Below, in pieces: positions 11,666 through 21,509 of a stretch of DNA of 64,000 nt. Each line of letters begins with the position of its first letter. Positions within the stretch are counted from its first letter, which is position 1. The stretch comes from an uncultured Phocaeicola sp. (GTDB taxonomy: Bacteria; Bacteroidota; Bacteroidia; Bacteroidales; Bacteroidaceae), in the NCBI GenBank assembly GCA_944321015.1, contig CALUJS010000006.1, positions 6,849 through 70,848 on the forward strand, given 5' to 3'. Both the position numbers and the translations under genes were made by a program. The notes under the pieces were generated by a model, which had not been told where the DNA came from, did not search any database, and saw only the letters and a program-made list of their open reading frames with translations.

Positions 11666-12424
11666 ATGTTAGCAAAACGAATCATTCCCTGCCTGGACAT
11701 TAAGGACGGGCAGACTGTTAAAGGTACCAATTTCGTAGACCTGCGTCAGGCCGGCGACTCGGTAGAATTGGGCAAGCATTATTCGGATGAAGGTGCCGAC
11801 GAGTTGGTGTTTCTCGACATCACGGCCAGTCATGAGAAACGAAAAACATTCGTAAACCTCGTGCAGCGAGTGGCAGCCAACATCAATATCCCTTTTACCG
11901 TGGGCGGCGGCATCAACGAACTGGCGGATGTGGAACGTCTGTTGCAGGCCGGGGCCGACAAAGTGTCGGTCAATTCGGCAGCCATACGGTGTCCGCAACT
12001 TATTGACGACATAGCTTCGCATTTTGGCTCGCAAGTATGCGTCGTGGCCATTGATGCACAAGAAACGCCCGACGGCTGGATGTGCTATCTCAACGGAGGC
12101 CGCATCAGAACCGACAAAAGCTTGTTCGACTGGGCAAAGGAAGCGTGCGACCGTGGCGCGGGCGAAATCTTGTTTACCAGCATGAACCACGATGGCGTAA
12201 AAACCGGATATGCCAACGATGCACTTGCCCGCTTGGCCGACATGTTGCCCGTGCCGGTCATCGCATCGGGCGGAGCCGGCACCCCGGAACATTTCAAGGA
12301 CGCATTTATAAAAGGAAAAGCCGACGCCGCGCTTGCGGCCAGTGTTTTTCACTTTGGAGAAATAACAATTTCAGAATTAAAGCAGTATCTTTGCCGCCAT
12401 AACATCAATGTGCGGCTAAGATAA
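11666..12424 (+). CDS. hisF: Imidazole glycerol phosphate synthase, cyclase subunit
   Basis: 252 aa starting [20 protein letters not shown], with '[11 protein letters not shown]' and 'IASGGAG'. Confidence 0.95.
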   Translation: MLAKRIIPCLDIKDGQTVKGTNFVDLRQAGDSVELGKHYSDEGADELVFLDITASHEKRKTFVNLVQRVAANINIPFTVGGGINELADVERLLQAGADKVSVNSAAIRCPQLIDDIASHFGSQVCVVAIDAQETPDGWMCYLNGGRIRTDKSLFDWAKEACDRGAGEILFTSMNHDGVKTGYANDALARLADMLPVPVIASGGAGTPEHFKDAFIKGKADAALAASVFHFGEITISELKQYLCRHNINVRLR

Positions 12425-12443
12425 ATAACATTGAATATACGAC

Positions 12444-13037
12444 ATGGAACTGAATTTTGAGAAACTGAACGGCCTTATCCCTGCCATCATCCAAGATGCC
12501 TGCACGGGAAAAGTGCTGATGCTTGGCTTTATGAACGAGGAAGCCTATGACAAGACTGTCGAAACCGGCAAGGTGACATTCTACAGCCGCACCCGCCGGA
12601 CGTTGTGGACCAAAGGTGAAACCAGTGGTCATTATCTCCATGTGGTCTCCATGAAGGCCGACTGCGACAACGACACGCTGCTCGTCAAAGTACATCCCGA
12701 CGGCCCGGTATGCCATACCGGAGCAGACACCTGTTGGGGAGAAACGAACGAAGCCGATATCAACTTCCTTACCTATCTGCAAGACTTCATTGAGAAGCGA
12801 CACAGGGAAATGCCCGAAAAGTCATATACCACCTCGTTGTTTCAAGCCGGCATCAATCGCATGGCACAGAAAGTAGGCGAAGAGGCCGTGGAAACCGTCA
12901 TCGAAGCAACCAACGGGACCGACGAACGTTTGATATACGAAGCGTCTGACATGCTTTATCACTTGATTGTGCTCCTGACGTCGAAAGGCATGCGCATAGA
13001 AGATTTGGCCCGCGAACTACAGAAACGACACAAATAA
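12444..13037 (+). CDS. hisIE: Bifunctional phosphoribosyl-AMP cyclohydrolase / phosphoribosyl-ATP pyrophosphatase
   Basis: 197 aa. The N-terminal half ('IPAIIQD...VLMLGFMNEEA...YSRTRRTLWTKGETSG') is HisI-like. The C-terminal half ('KVGEEAVE...ASDMLYHLIVLL') is HisE-like. Confidence 0.92.
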   Translation: MELNFEKLNGLIPAIIQDACTGKVLMLGFMNEEAYDKTVETGKVTFYSRTRRTLWTKGETSGHYLHVVSMKADCDNDTLLVKVHPDGPVCHTGADTCWGETNEADINFLTYLQDFIEKRHREMPEKSYTTSLFQAGINRMAQKVGEEAVETVIEATNGTDERLIYEASDMLYHLIVLLTSKGMRIEDLARELQKRHK

Positions 13038-13047
13038 CCTTGCAACC

Positions 13048-13743
13048 ATGCTCATCGACTACCAACATGTGGATATCAATCAACAGGAGCACACCGTGCT
13101 GACCGATGTCAACTTTCATCTGGACGAGGGAGAGTTTGTCTACCTCATCGGCAAGGTAGGCACGGGAAAAACCAGTCTGCTCAAGACTTTCTATGGCGAA
13201 CTTCCCGTAGCCACGGGTAAGGCCCGGGTCTTGGACAATGACATGACTGCCATCCGCCAAAAGCACATCCCGGCATTGCGACGCCGGCTCGGAGTTGTCT
13301 TCCAGGACTTCCAGTTGCTTACCGATCGAACGGTTCATGACAATCTGGTCTTCGTGCTCAAGGCCACAGGTTGGAAGAACAAGCCCGAGATGCAGGCACG
13401 CATTGAAGAAGTATTGGCTTTGGTGGGCATGAAAAACAAAGGTTATAAGTTCCCTCACGAACTGTCCGGCGGAGAACAACAGCGCATTGTGCTGGCACGT
13501 GCCATACTGAACCAGCCCAAAATCGTATTGGCCGATGAGCCGACCGGCAACCTGGATGAAGAGACCAGTTGCCAAATCATGCAATTGTTGCGTGAAATAA
13601 GCGCCAAAGGTTCGGCTGTGGTCATGACGACGCATAACCTGAAGCTGGTACACGACTTTCCGGGCATCGTATATCAATGCCACGGACACCACATTGAGGA
13701 AATCACACAAACTTTTTACCAACAGCAATCAATTAACAACTAA
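13048..13743 (+). CDS. ftsE: Cell-division ABC ATPase FtsE-like protein
   Basis: 231 aa with Walker A 'GKVGTGKTS', ABC signature 'LSGGEQQR' and Walker B 'VLADEPT'. No ftsX-type permease is adjacent. Confidence 0.75.
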   Translation: MLIDYQHVDINQQEHTVLTDVNFHLDEGEFVYLIGKVGTGKTSLLKTFYGELPVATGKARVLDNDMTAIRQKHIPALRRRLGVVFQDFQLLTDRTVHDNLVFVLKATGWKNKPEMQARIEEVLALVGMKNKGYKFPHELSGGEQQRIVLARAILNQPKIVLADEPTGNLDEETSCQIMQLLREISAKGSAVVMTTHNLKLVHDFPGIVYQCHGHHIEEITQTFYQQQSINN

Positions 13744-13759
13744 CATAAGACAACTGACA

Positions 13760-15076
13760 ATGAAAGTATTGAAATTCGGAGGAACATCCGTAGGCTCGGC
13801 ACAACGCATGAAAGACGTGGCACGCCTCATTATGGATGGCGAGAAGAAGATTGTTGTACTGTCGGCCATGTCGGGCACGACCAACACTCTGGTGGAAATC
13901 TCTGACTACCTTTACAAGAAAAACCCCGAGGGTGCCAATGAAATCATTAACAACCTCGAAGCCGCTTACCGCCGACACATTGACCAACTGTACAGCACCG
14001 ACGAGTATAAACAGAAGACGCTTGACTTTCTGAAGGAAGAATTTAATTTCATCCGTTCCTATACCAAAGACCTCTTTACCTTGTTTGAAGAGAAAATCAT
14101 ATTGGCGCAGGGTGAAATCATTTCCACAAACATGATGACAAACTATCTGCTTGAGCAGGGAGTAAACGCTGTGCTCATACCGGCGCTGGACTATATGCGC
14201 ACCGACAAAAATGCCGAACCGGATCTTAACTACATCAAAGACAAATTGGCACAACTGTTGGAACGAATGCCTCAGGCCGACATCTACATTACCCAAGGCT
14301 ATATCTGCCGCAACGCATACGGCGAAATCGATAACCTGCAGCGCGGAGGAAGCGACTATACCGCATCGCTTGTGGGAGCGGCTGTCAATGCGGAAGAGAT
14401 ACAAATCTGGACCGATATCGACGGTATGCACGACAACGATCCGCGCGTAGTCGACAACACGTCGCCCGTACGCCAACTGCAATTCGAGGAAGCTGCCGAG
14501 CTGGCATACTTCGGAGCCAAAATATTACACCCGACTTGCATACAGCCTGCAAAATACGCCAACATCCCCGTGAGACTGCTCAATACCATGGAACCGGACG
14601 CTCCCGGTACACTCATTGCCACCGAGTCTGAATCGGGAAAGATTAAGGCTGTTGCCGCCAAAGACAACATCACGGCCATTAAAATCAAATCGAGCCGTAT
14701 GCTTCTGGCACATGGCTTCCTGCGCAAAGTATTTGAAATATTCGAAAGCTATCAGACATCAATCGATATGATATGCACATCGGAGGTGGGTGTCTCTATG
14801 TCCATTGACAACACGAAACATCTGCATGAGATTGTGGATGATCTCAAGAAATACGGCACCGTTTCCGTCGACCACGGCATGTGTATTGTCTGTGTCGTAG
14901 GCGATTTGCGTTGGGACAATGTAGGATTTGAAGCCAAAGCAGTAAGCGCACTGGCCGACATCCCCGTACGTATGATATCCTACGGAGGCAGCAACTATAA
15001 CATCTCATTCCTCATCAAGGAAGAAGACAAAAAGCGCGCTTTGCAGGCACTGAGCAAAACACTGTTCAATCACTAA
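13760..15076 (+). CDS. lysC: Aspartate kinase
   Basis: The conserved start MKVLKFGGTSVGS is at the internal ATG 13760, whereas the track ORF begins at 13694 and overlaps ftsE. The protein is 438 aa with C-terminal ACT-like repeats. Confidence 0.9.
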   Translation: MKVLKFGGTSVGSAQRMKDVARLIMDGEKKIVVLSAMSGTTNTLVEISDYLYKKNPEGANEIINNLEAAYRRHIDQLYSTDEYKQKTLDFLKEEFNFIRSYTKDLFTLFEEKIILAQGEIISTNMMTNYLLEQGVNAVLIPALDYMRTDKNAEPDLNYIKDKLAQLLERMPQADIYITQGYICRNAYGEIDNLQRGGSDYTASLVGAAVNAEEIQIWTDIDGMHDNDPRVVDNTSPVRQLQFEEAAELAYFGAKILHPTCIQPAKYANIPVRLLNTMEPDAPGTLIATESESGKIKAVAAKDNITAIKIKSSRMLLAHGFLRKVFEIFESYQTSIDMICTSEVGVSMSIDNTKHLHEIVDDLKKYGTVSVDHGMCIVCVVGDLRWDNVGFEAKAVSALADIPVRMISYGGSNYNISFLIKEEDKKRALQALSKTLFNH

Positions 15077-15093
15077 TATTACAATACAATAAG

Positions 15094-16254
15094 ATGAAAG
15101 GACAATTTCCCGTCGACAGGTTCCGTAACCTGCCGACGCCCTTTTACTATTACGATACAAATCTACTGCGCGAGACACTGAATGCCATCAGAAGCGAAGC
15201 GGGCCGATATGATAATTTCCGGGTGCACTACGCCGTGAAGGCCAACGCCAACCCCAAACTTCTGACCATCATACGCGAAGCCGGACTGGGAGCCGATTGC
15301 GTAAGCGGCGGAGAGATACGCGCCGCGTTGGCAGCCGGATTTTCCCCGGCAGACATTGTTTTTGCCGGGGTGGGTAAAGCCGACTGGGAAATCAATCTCG
15401 GTCTCGACAACGACATCTTTTGTTTCAACGTCGAGTCGCTGCCCGAACTTGAAGTCATAAGCGCCCTGGCCGTTGCCCACGGAACAACGGCTCGTGTGGC
15501 CCTGCGCATCAATCCGGATGTCGGCGCGCACACCCATGCCAACATAACCACCGGAAAAGCCGAAAACAAGTTTGGCATCAGCATGGAGCAACTGGACGAA
15601 GTGACCGATGCGGCCCTGCGGCTCCCCGCCATTGAACTCATCGGGTTACACTTCCACATTGGCTCACAAATACTCGACATGGGCGATTTCGTTGCATTGT
15701 GCAATCGCATCAACGAGCTTCAGGCCCGGCTTGCCGCGCGTCGGCTCATCCTTCCGCACATCAACGTGGGCGGCGGACTGGGCATTGATTACCATCATCC
15801 CAACCGCCAGTCTGTGCCCGATTTTGCGTCCTATTTCGCCTGCTATCATAAACACCTGCGCCTGCAACCGGGACAGACGGTACATTTCGAGCTGGGACGT
15901 GCCGTGGTGGGACAATGCGGTTCGCTCATTACCCGCGTGTTATACGTCAAACAAGGCACTCACAAGCAGTTTGCCATTGTCGACGCAGGAATGACCGACC
16001 TTATCCGTCCGGCCCTCTATCAGGCTTACCATAAGATAGAAAATATTTCCTCCGAACGTCCGGTGGAACCTTACGACGTGGTAGGCCCCATCTGCGAATC
16101 GTCCGATGTGTTCGGCAAGGCTGTCGACCTGAATGCCGCCTCGCGCCACGATTTGCTGGCCCTGCGCTCGGCCGGAGCCTACGGAGAAATCATGGCCTCG
16201 GGCTACAATTGCCGCGCCCTGCCCGGCAGCTATACTTCGGAAGAGCTGGCCTGA
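15094..16254 (+). CDS. lysA: Diaminopimelate decarboxylase
   Basis: 386 aa with the PLP-lysine region 'HYAVKANANP', 'NVGGGLGIDY' and 'GPICESSD'. Confidence 0.92.
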   Translation: MKGQFPVDRFRNLPTPFYYYDTNLLRETLNAIRSEAGRYDNFRVHYAVKANANPKLLTIIREAGLGADCVSGGEIRAALAAGFSPADIVFAGVGKADWEINLGLDNDIFCFNVESLPELEVISALAVAHGTTARVALRINPDVGAHTHANITTGKAENKFGISMEQLDEVTDAALRLPAIELIGLHFHIGSQILDMGDFVALCNRINELQARLAARRLILPHINVGGGLGIDYHHPNRQSVPDFASYFACYHKHLRLQPGQTVHFELGRAVVGQCGSLITRVLYVKQGTHKQFAIVDAGMTDLIRPALYQAYHKIENISSERPVEPYDVVGPICESSDVFGKAVDLNAASRHDLLALRSAGAYGEIMASGYNCRALPGSYTSEELA

Positions 16255-16280
16255 ACCGCCCGCTCCTCTTCCACCCTTTC

Positions 16281-16320
16281 AACCCAAATCGGTCCTCATG
16301 CCGGTTTGGGTTGATTTTAT
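16281..16320 (+). terminator. Rho-independent terminator after lysA
   Basis: AACCCAAA (16281-16288) pairs with TTTGGGTT (16305-16312), followed by GATTTTATT. It begins 27 nt after the lysA stop. The 5' arm 14-mer AACCCAAATCGGTC recurs at 33950-33963. Confidence 0.7.
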
Positions 16321-16358
16321 TCTAATCTGAAGCATCCCTTCCCTCCGGCACGATATGG

Positions 16359-16424
16359 TGAACTACTGTACTTCGCATAGTGAATTACTGTACTTCATAT
16401 AGTGAACTACTGTACTTCGCCAAG
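16359..16424. repeat. Three tandem 22-bp units, each containing the near-palindrome GAAsTAC-T-GTAsTTC
   Basis: The units are tgaactactgtacttcgcatag (16359-16380), tgaattactgtacttcatatag (16381-16402) and tgaactactgtacttcgccaag (16403-16424). They are intergenic, between lysA and hisS. Confidence 0.85.
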
Positions 16425-16573
16425 TCGACTTACGCCGATTGTCTCCTCTTTGTAATACCTTCGGCGGCTCACGAGGCGGATTGTGCCCCAATCATGGAGG
16501 CCGATGTCAGAAAAAACACCGACCAACGCGCAAATACTTAGTGCGAAAGCGTCCGTAAGGCGCAAAAAGTTCT

Positions 16574-16581
16574 TACCTTTG
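16574..16581 (+). promoter_or_regulatory. Candidate -7 promoter box TACCTTTG upstream of hisS
   Basis: Exact TAnnTTTG match ending 43 nt upstream of the hisS ATG at 16625. No clean -33 element was found. Confidence 0.35.
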
Positions 16582-16624
16582 CGAGACATTCATTTATATT
16601 TAACTTAAAACTAGAGCAAAAACA

Positions 16625-17989
16625 ATGGCAGCAAAACCATCCATTCCCAAAGGAACCCGAGATTTTTCGCCGGTTGAAATGGCGAAGCGCAATTATATAT
16701 TCGACACCATCCGCAGCGTGTTCCATCAGTTCGGTTATCAGCAGATTGAGACTCCGGCCATGGAGAACCTCTCCACGCTGATGGGCAAATACGGCGACGA
16801 AGGCGACAAACTGTTGTTCAAGATACAAAACTCGGGCGATTACTTTTCGGCCCTGACCGACGAAGAACTTCTCTCACGCGATGCCGCACGACTGGCATCC
16901 AAATTCTGTGAGAAAGGCCTCCGCTACGACCTCACCGTGCCTTTCGCACGCTATGTGGTGATGCACCGCGACGAAATCACCTTCCCCTTCAAGCGTTTCC
17001 AGATACAACCCGTGTGGCGGGCCGACCGTCCGCAAAAAGGACGCTATCGCGAGTTCTACCAGTGCGACGCCGATGTGGTTGGCAGCGACTCACTGCTCAA
17101 CGAAGTGGAACTTGTGCAGATGATAGATGCCGTGTTCACGCGCTTTGGCGTGCGGGTATCCATCAAGATTAACAACCGGAAAATACTGTCGGGCATCGCC
17201 GAAATCATCGGTGAGGCAGACAAGATTGTGGACATCACCGTGGCCATCGACAAGCTGGACAAGATTGGCCTGGAGAATGTAAACGCCGAACTGGCCTCGA
17301 AGGGTATCCCGCAGGAAGCCATCGACCGCCTGCAGCCCATCATCATGCTCAGCGGAACGAACGCCGAAAAGCTGGCCACGCTGAAAGAGGTGCTGGCCTC
17401 CAGCGAAACGGGCATGAAGGGTGTGGAAGAAAGCGAATTCATACTGAACACCTTGGCCGGACTGGACATCCGGAGCGAGGTTGAGCTCGACCTTACGCTG
17501 GCACGCGGCCTGAACTACTACACCGGCGCCATCTTCGAGGTGAAGGCGCTCGACGTGCAGATTGGCAGCATCAGCGGCGGCGGACGCTACGACAACCTGA
17601 CGGGCGTGTTCGGCATGCCGGGCGTGTCGGGCGTGGGCATCTCGTTCGGTGCCGACCGCATTTTCGACGTGCTCAACCAGCTCGACCTCTATCCGAAGGA
17701 GGCCGTCAACGGCACGCAACTCCTCTTCGTCAACTTCGGACAAGCCGAAGCGGCCTACTGCCTGCCCGTGCTGGCCAAAGCACGCGCAGCCGGCATCCGT
17801 GCCGAAATCTATCCCGACAGCGCGAAGATGAAGAAACAGATGAGCTATGCCAACGCCAAGGCCATCCCTTATGTGGCCATAGCGGGCGAGAATGAAATGC
17901 AGGAAGGAAAGTTCACCCTAAAGAACATGGTGAGCGGAGAGCAGAGTCTGGTGACGGCGGAAGAGCTGATTAATGCCGTGCAAGGATAA
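16625..17989 (+). CDS. hisS: Histidine--tRNA ligase
   Basis: 454 aa starting [16 protein letters not shown]. It has class II motifs including '[10 protein letters not shown]' and 'SGGGRYDNL', plus a C-terminal anticodon-binding domain. Confidence 0.95.
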   Translation: MAAKPSIPKGTRDFSPVEMAKRNYIFDTIRSVFHQFGYQQIETPAMENLSTLMGKYGDEGDKLLFKIQNSGDYFSALTDEELLSRDAARLASKFCEKGLRYDLTVPFARYVVMHRDEITFPFKRFQIQPVWRADRPQKGRYREFYQCDADVVGSDSLLNEVELVQMIDAVFTRFGVRVSIKINNRKILSGIAEIIGEADKIVDITVAIDKLDKIGLENVNAELASKGIPQEAIDRLQPIIMLSGTNAEKLATLKEVLASSETGMKGVEESEFILNTLAGLDIRSEVELDLTLARGLNYYTGAIFEVKALDVQIGSISGGGRYDNLTGVFGMPGVSGVGISFGADRIFDVLNQLDLYPKEAVNGTQLLFVNFGQAEAAYCLPVLAKARAAGIRAEIYPDSAKMKKQMSYANAKAIPYVAIAGENEMQEGKFTLKNMVSGEQSLVTAEELINAVQG

Positions 17990-18004
17990 AAATCCAATAG
18001 CCCT

Positions 18005-18469
18005 ATGAACGAAGCATTTATGCGGAAAGCCATCGAGCTTTCCATTGAAAACGTGAAGAATGGCGGAGGACCGTTTGGCGCGGTCATCGTGCGCGGAGAT
18101 GAAATCATTGCCACGGGCGTAAACCGCGTGACGGCCAACAATGACCCGACGGCTCATGCCGAGGTGAGCGCCATACGCGCCGCCTGCGAAAGGCTGGGCA
18201 CCTTCAATCTGGAAGGGTGCGAGATATACACCTCGTGCGAGCCATGCCCCATGTGCCTGGGAGCTATCTATTGGGCACACCTGGACAAGATGTACTATGG
18301 CAACACAAAGCACGATGCGGCGGAAATCGGTTTCGACGACTCGTTCATCTACGAAGAGATTGCCCTGACGCCCGAACACCGCCGCCTCGCCTCATGCCGG
18401 TTGCTGGGCGAAGAGGCGCTGAAGGCCTTCCGCCTCTGGACGGACAAGGCCGACAAGATAGAATACTGA
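18005..18469 (+). CDS. CMP/dCMP-type zinc deaminase (guanine/nucleoside deaminase-like)
   Basis: 154 aa with zinc-ligand motifs 'HAEVSAI' and 'CEPCPMCLGAIYWA'. Its size and C-terminal tail resemble GuaD-type guanine deaminases rather than TadA. Confidence 0.7.
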   Translation: MNEAFMRKAIELSIENVKNGGGPFGAVIVRGDEIIATGVNRVTANNDPTAHAEVSAIRAACERLGTFNLEGCEIYTSCEPCPMCLGAIYWAHLDKMYYGNTKHDAAEIGFDDSFIYEEIALTPEHRRLASCRLLGEEALKAFRLWTDKADKIEY

Positions 18470-18494
18470 TATTCCCCTCCCACTAGAAACTATC

Positions 18495-18540
18495 AAGGCG
18501 CAGAGCCGTTCCTTTTCCCGGGAACCATGCTCTGCGCCTT
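18495..18540. terminator. Hairpin between the convergent deaminase and GH2 genes
   Basis: Perfect 12-bp stem: AAGGCGCAGAGC (18495-18506) with GCTCTGCGCCTT (18529-18540). An inner GTTCC/GGAAC pairing extends it. The flanking U-tracts are weak. Confidence 0.55.
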
Positions 18541-18562
18541 GGTTGTGTATTGTCAGTAATGC

Positions 18563-21184
18563 TTATTTCTCGATGCCAAATTCAGCCTGCTGTTGGTTCA
18601 CCTCTTCCAACATCTTGCGCTTCTCTTCCTCGGTGAACTGTTGCTTTTTGGCATTGCCTGCCGCTTGAACGGGTTTCGCCTTGGCCGGAGCCTCCTCCTC
18701 GCTGTAGCAGAAAGGCATCGTGGCGGGCACGCTTTCAAACTCCAGCTCGGCGGGCGTAGGCGCCTGAGTGCCTTCAAACTGCACGCGGGCATGTATCTTT
18801 ATCTTGCCGGCCTTGCGTGTGGAACGCACCAGAATGGGTGCCGACCCCCACTCCACGGCGCGCGGATTGGCATTGATGGAAGCATCGCCAACGATTTGTC
18901 CTTCGCCTTCGATGGTGAAAACAATGTTTTCCTTGGCCAGGCGGCGGACATGACCCAAATCGTCGGTCACCTCGGCAATCACCACAACAAAATCCGAACC
19001 GTCGGCCACAAGGTCGTGCTGCTTCTCGGCCAGACGCAAGCGGAGCTTCGTGGAACGGCGCGACGGCATCTTCTTGGTGCTGCACACCACTCGTCCGTCG
19101 ATGATGCCCTCGGCATACATGTTCACCATCATCCAGTTGCGCTCGGTGTAGCTGTGTGTGCGTGCTTCCCAGAAATCCCACACGTTTTTGAAAACCACGG
19201 GCGCGCTGGGCATGTGTCCTTTCTCGTGCTTCACGGGGAGAATCCATTCCTTCGTGCCGTCGTACATGGACAGGCGTACGGAGTCGCAGTTGCTGAACAC
19301 CACTACGTCCGGGTCGGAGAAAGGCCCCATCTCGTGCATGATGTAGACCATCGGACCGCTCTCGGCCGTGGGGTGCTTCAAGTCGGCCGGAGACTGGCTG
19401 CGGAACATATAGTAAGCATATTTCGGCTGGCGGAAACAGTCGAACATGCCGCCCCAATAGGGGTCGGGATGGTAGCCGCGCTGATGGTCGAAAGGATGCC
19501 AGTGTGCGCCGCCGATGAACTTGCCGGTGGTGCGATAAAGGCCGTCATAGGTCTGTGCCAGCGAAAGAGCCTGCACCTTCTGCGGACGTTCGCCCCAGCT
19601 GCGCGACGCGCGGTTGTTGTTGTTGTGCGCATACCAGTCGTCCACATTCTCGCCAAACTCGCGGGTGAAGATGCACTGTTCGGGCGCATCGGCCTTCTCG
19701 TCATCGCCCGGCCAGCCATACACCACGTCGTAGTTTTCGGCAACACCGGCCGAATGGACATCGGCAGCCGCCACGGGACGTCCGGGATAAGGATATTCGT
19801 CCTTCGTGATTTGCAATGCCTGCAAGGCGAAGTCGAGCGGATAGCGCGTCTCGTTCAGGATGGGTTCCCACATCAACACGGACGGGTGATTGCGGTCGCG
19901 GCGGATGATGTTGCGGGTGTTCTCATGCACACGTTCGGCAAACTCCGGCTTCTTGTTCCAATACTGCCATCCCGGAGTGGCCACGATGACAAACAGGCCC
20001 AATTCGTCACACGCATCCATGAACGACGGATCCTGCGGATAATGGGCCACGCGGATGATGGTGCACCCTGCATCGCGCAGCAGACGGGCGTCGCGCCACT
20101 GTTGGGAGTTGGGCACGGCATTGCCCACGTAGGCAAAGTCCTGATGGCGGTTGGCACCCACCAGTTGCCCGTATGGCTTGCCATTGAGAAAGAACCCTTT
20201 CTCGCCGTCGAACTCAAACCAACGGATGCCCACGCGCGTCACGCCGCCGTCAATGCAACGGCTGCCGTCCTTGATGCGGGACTCCACCCGATACAAATAA
20301 GGCGAGTCGGGCGACCACAACTTGGGCTGCTTCACCACGATTTTCTGCATCGTCGTCCGGTCTGCGCCCGGCTGCAAGGAAAGTTTGCTGCTTACCTTTT
20401 TCACCACTTTTCCTCTGGCGTCGGTCAACGTGGTCTCCACCGTCACGCGGCGTGCCGCCTGCCCGCTGTTCTTCACGTTGGTATTGACATAGACCTCGGC
20501 GCTCTCCTCCGACAGGTTGTCGAAGTGGACGAACACGCCGCCATCGGCCACCTTGCCTGCCTCTACGACATCCGTAATGGCCACCGGCGACTTGCCTATC
20601 ATCCACACGTCGCGGTAGATGCCGCCATGATAAGCAAAGTCAAGCGTATATTGTGTCTTGCCGGGAGGATAGCTCTTGTCATCGCTGTTGTCGGCCATGA
20701 CGGCAACGACACACTTGTCACCCGCCTTCACTCCGGCTTCCGTCAGCGAAATGGTGACAGGCAGATAGCCGCCCAGATGTTCCTTCACCAAACGACCGTT
20801 GACATAGAATTTCTGCTTGCCCATGACGGCCTCGAAGTGAAGCGTCACGTCCATCCCCGCCAACTCGGAGGGGACCGTGAAGTGCTTGCGATACCACGCC
20901 ACCCCCTGATAGTTACGGCAACCGCTGGCCTCGGCCGGCATCAGCTGCACGCTGTGAGGGGTGGACACAACTTCCCAATCGCGATCGTCGAAGTCGGCAG
21001 CCTCTGCCCCTTTCACATCGCCGCGGAAGAAACGCCATCCGGGATTAAAATTATACACTTGGCGCCCGCTTCCCTGCAAGGGAAAAAATCCGGCAACCGA
21101 AATCTCCTGGGGAGAATCCACTCCCTGCGCGAATCCTAGCAACGGGAGCAACGTCAAGATTAAAGTTAATGCAATGTTTTTCAT
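18563..21184 (-). CDS. Glycoside hydrolase family 2 (beta-galactosidase-like), secreted
   Basis: The likely start is the internal MKNIALTLILTLLPLLGFAQG signal peptide (ATG at 21184); the track ORF begins at 21283. It has the GH2 acid/base region 'VLMWEPILNE' and 'ANRHQDFAY', and is 873 aa. Confidence 0.85.
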   Translation of the reverse strand: MKNIALTLILTLLPLLGFAQGVDSPQEISVAGFFPLQGSGRQVYNFNPGWRFFRGDVKGAEAADFDDRDWEVVSTPHSVQLMPAEASGCRNYQGVAWYRKHFTVPSELAGMDVTLHFEAVMGKQKFYVNGRLVKEHLGGYLPVTISLTEAGVKAGDKCVVAVMADNSDDKSYPPGKTQYTLDFAYHGGIYRDVWMIGKSPVAITDVVEAGKVADGGVFVHFDNLSEESAEVYVNTNVKNSGQAARRVTVETTLTDARGKVVKKVSSKLSLQPGADRTTMQKIVVKQPKLWSPDSPYLYRVESRIKDGSRCIDGGVTRVGIRWFEFDGEKGFFLNGKPYGQLVGANRHQDFAYVGNAVPNSQQWRDARLLRDAGCTIIRVAHYPQDPSFMDACDELGLFVIVATPGWQYWNKKPEFAERVHENTRNIIRRDRNHPSVLMWEPILNETRYPLDFALQALQITKDEYPYPGRPVAAADVHSAGVAENYDVVYGWPGDDEKADAPEQCIFTREFGENVDDWYAHNNNNRASRSWGERPQKVQALSLAQTYDGLYRTTGKFIGGAHWHPFDHQRGYHPDPYWGGMFDCFRQPKYAYYMFRSQSPADLKHPTAESGPMVYIMHEMGPFSDPDVVVFSNCDSVRLSMYDGTKEWILPVKHEKGHMPSAPVVFKNVWDFWEARTHSYTERNWMMVNMYAEGIIDGRVVCSTKKMPSRRSTKLRLRLAEKQHDLVADGSDFVVVIAEVTDDLGHVRRLAKENIVFTIEGEGQIVGDASINANPRAVEWGSAPILVRSTRKAGKIKIHARVQFEGTQAPTPAELEFESVPATMPFCYSEEEAPAKAKPVQAAGNAKKQQFTEEEKRKMLEEVNQQQAEFGIEK

Positions 21185-21299
21185 AATAAATACACACATT
21201 TGTTGCCGCAAAAATAGGCATTTTAACAAGGGCAGACAAACATTCCTTTGCAATTCTGCCGCAAGAAGGGAATAAGTTCGCATAAATCAGCCTTCGCCT

Positions 21300-21395
21300 G
21301 ACGGAGGATATGGACGCTCGCAAGCGGACATATGGATGCTCATGAGCGGGAATATGCCCGCTCACGGCTGAGGATATGGACGCACAACGCCATTA
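21300..21395. repeat. 22-bp-phased ATAT/CGCTC-GAGCG array, locus R2 (4 units)
   Basis: ATAT cores at 21308, 21330, 21352 and 21374, exactly 22 bp apart. Units include atatggacgctcgcaagcggac, atatggatgctcatgagcggga and atatgcccgctcacggctgagg. It lies between the susD terminator and the GH2 start. Confidence 0.85.
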
Positions 21396-21423
21396 TCAGT
21401 TGGGCGATTGTCGGGGGTATTCT

Positions 21424-21474
21424 AAAAAAGAATCCCTCCGGCACTACCTCGAAAAGGCTTCTGCCGAAGGGATC
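21424..21474 (-). terminator. Rho-independent terminator after the SusD-like gene
   Basis: ATCCCTCCGGCA (21432-21443) pairs with TGCCGAAGGGAT (21462-21473) with one mismatch. On the minus strand the hairpin is followed by TTCTTTTTTAG. It starts 36 nt after the stop. Confidence 0.7.
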
Positions 21475-21509
21475 CCCTATAAATGTTTAATTGTTATGAA
21501 CGCGAAGGA

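Noticed and set aside
12921-12932. ACGAACGT-like sequence resembling Bacteroides invertase recognition repeats
   Set aside because: It is a single copy inside hisIE coding sequence. There is no inverted partner and no recombinase nearby.
18593-21139. 848-aa ORF on the + strand
   Set aside because: It is fully antisense to the GH2 gene, which has clear family motifs. Its translation is low-complexity (H/R/G/A/L-rich) with no motif. Long antisense ORFs of this kind are expected from codon bias in GC-rich genes.
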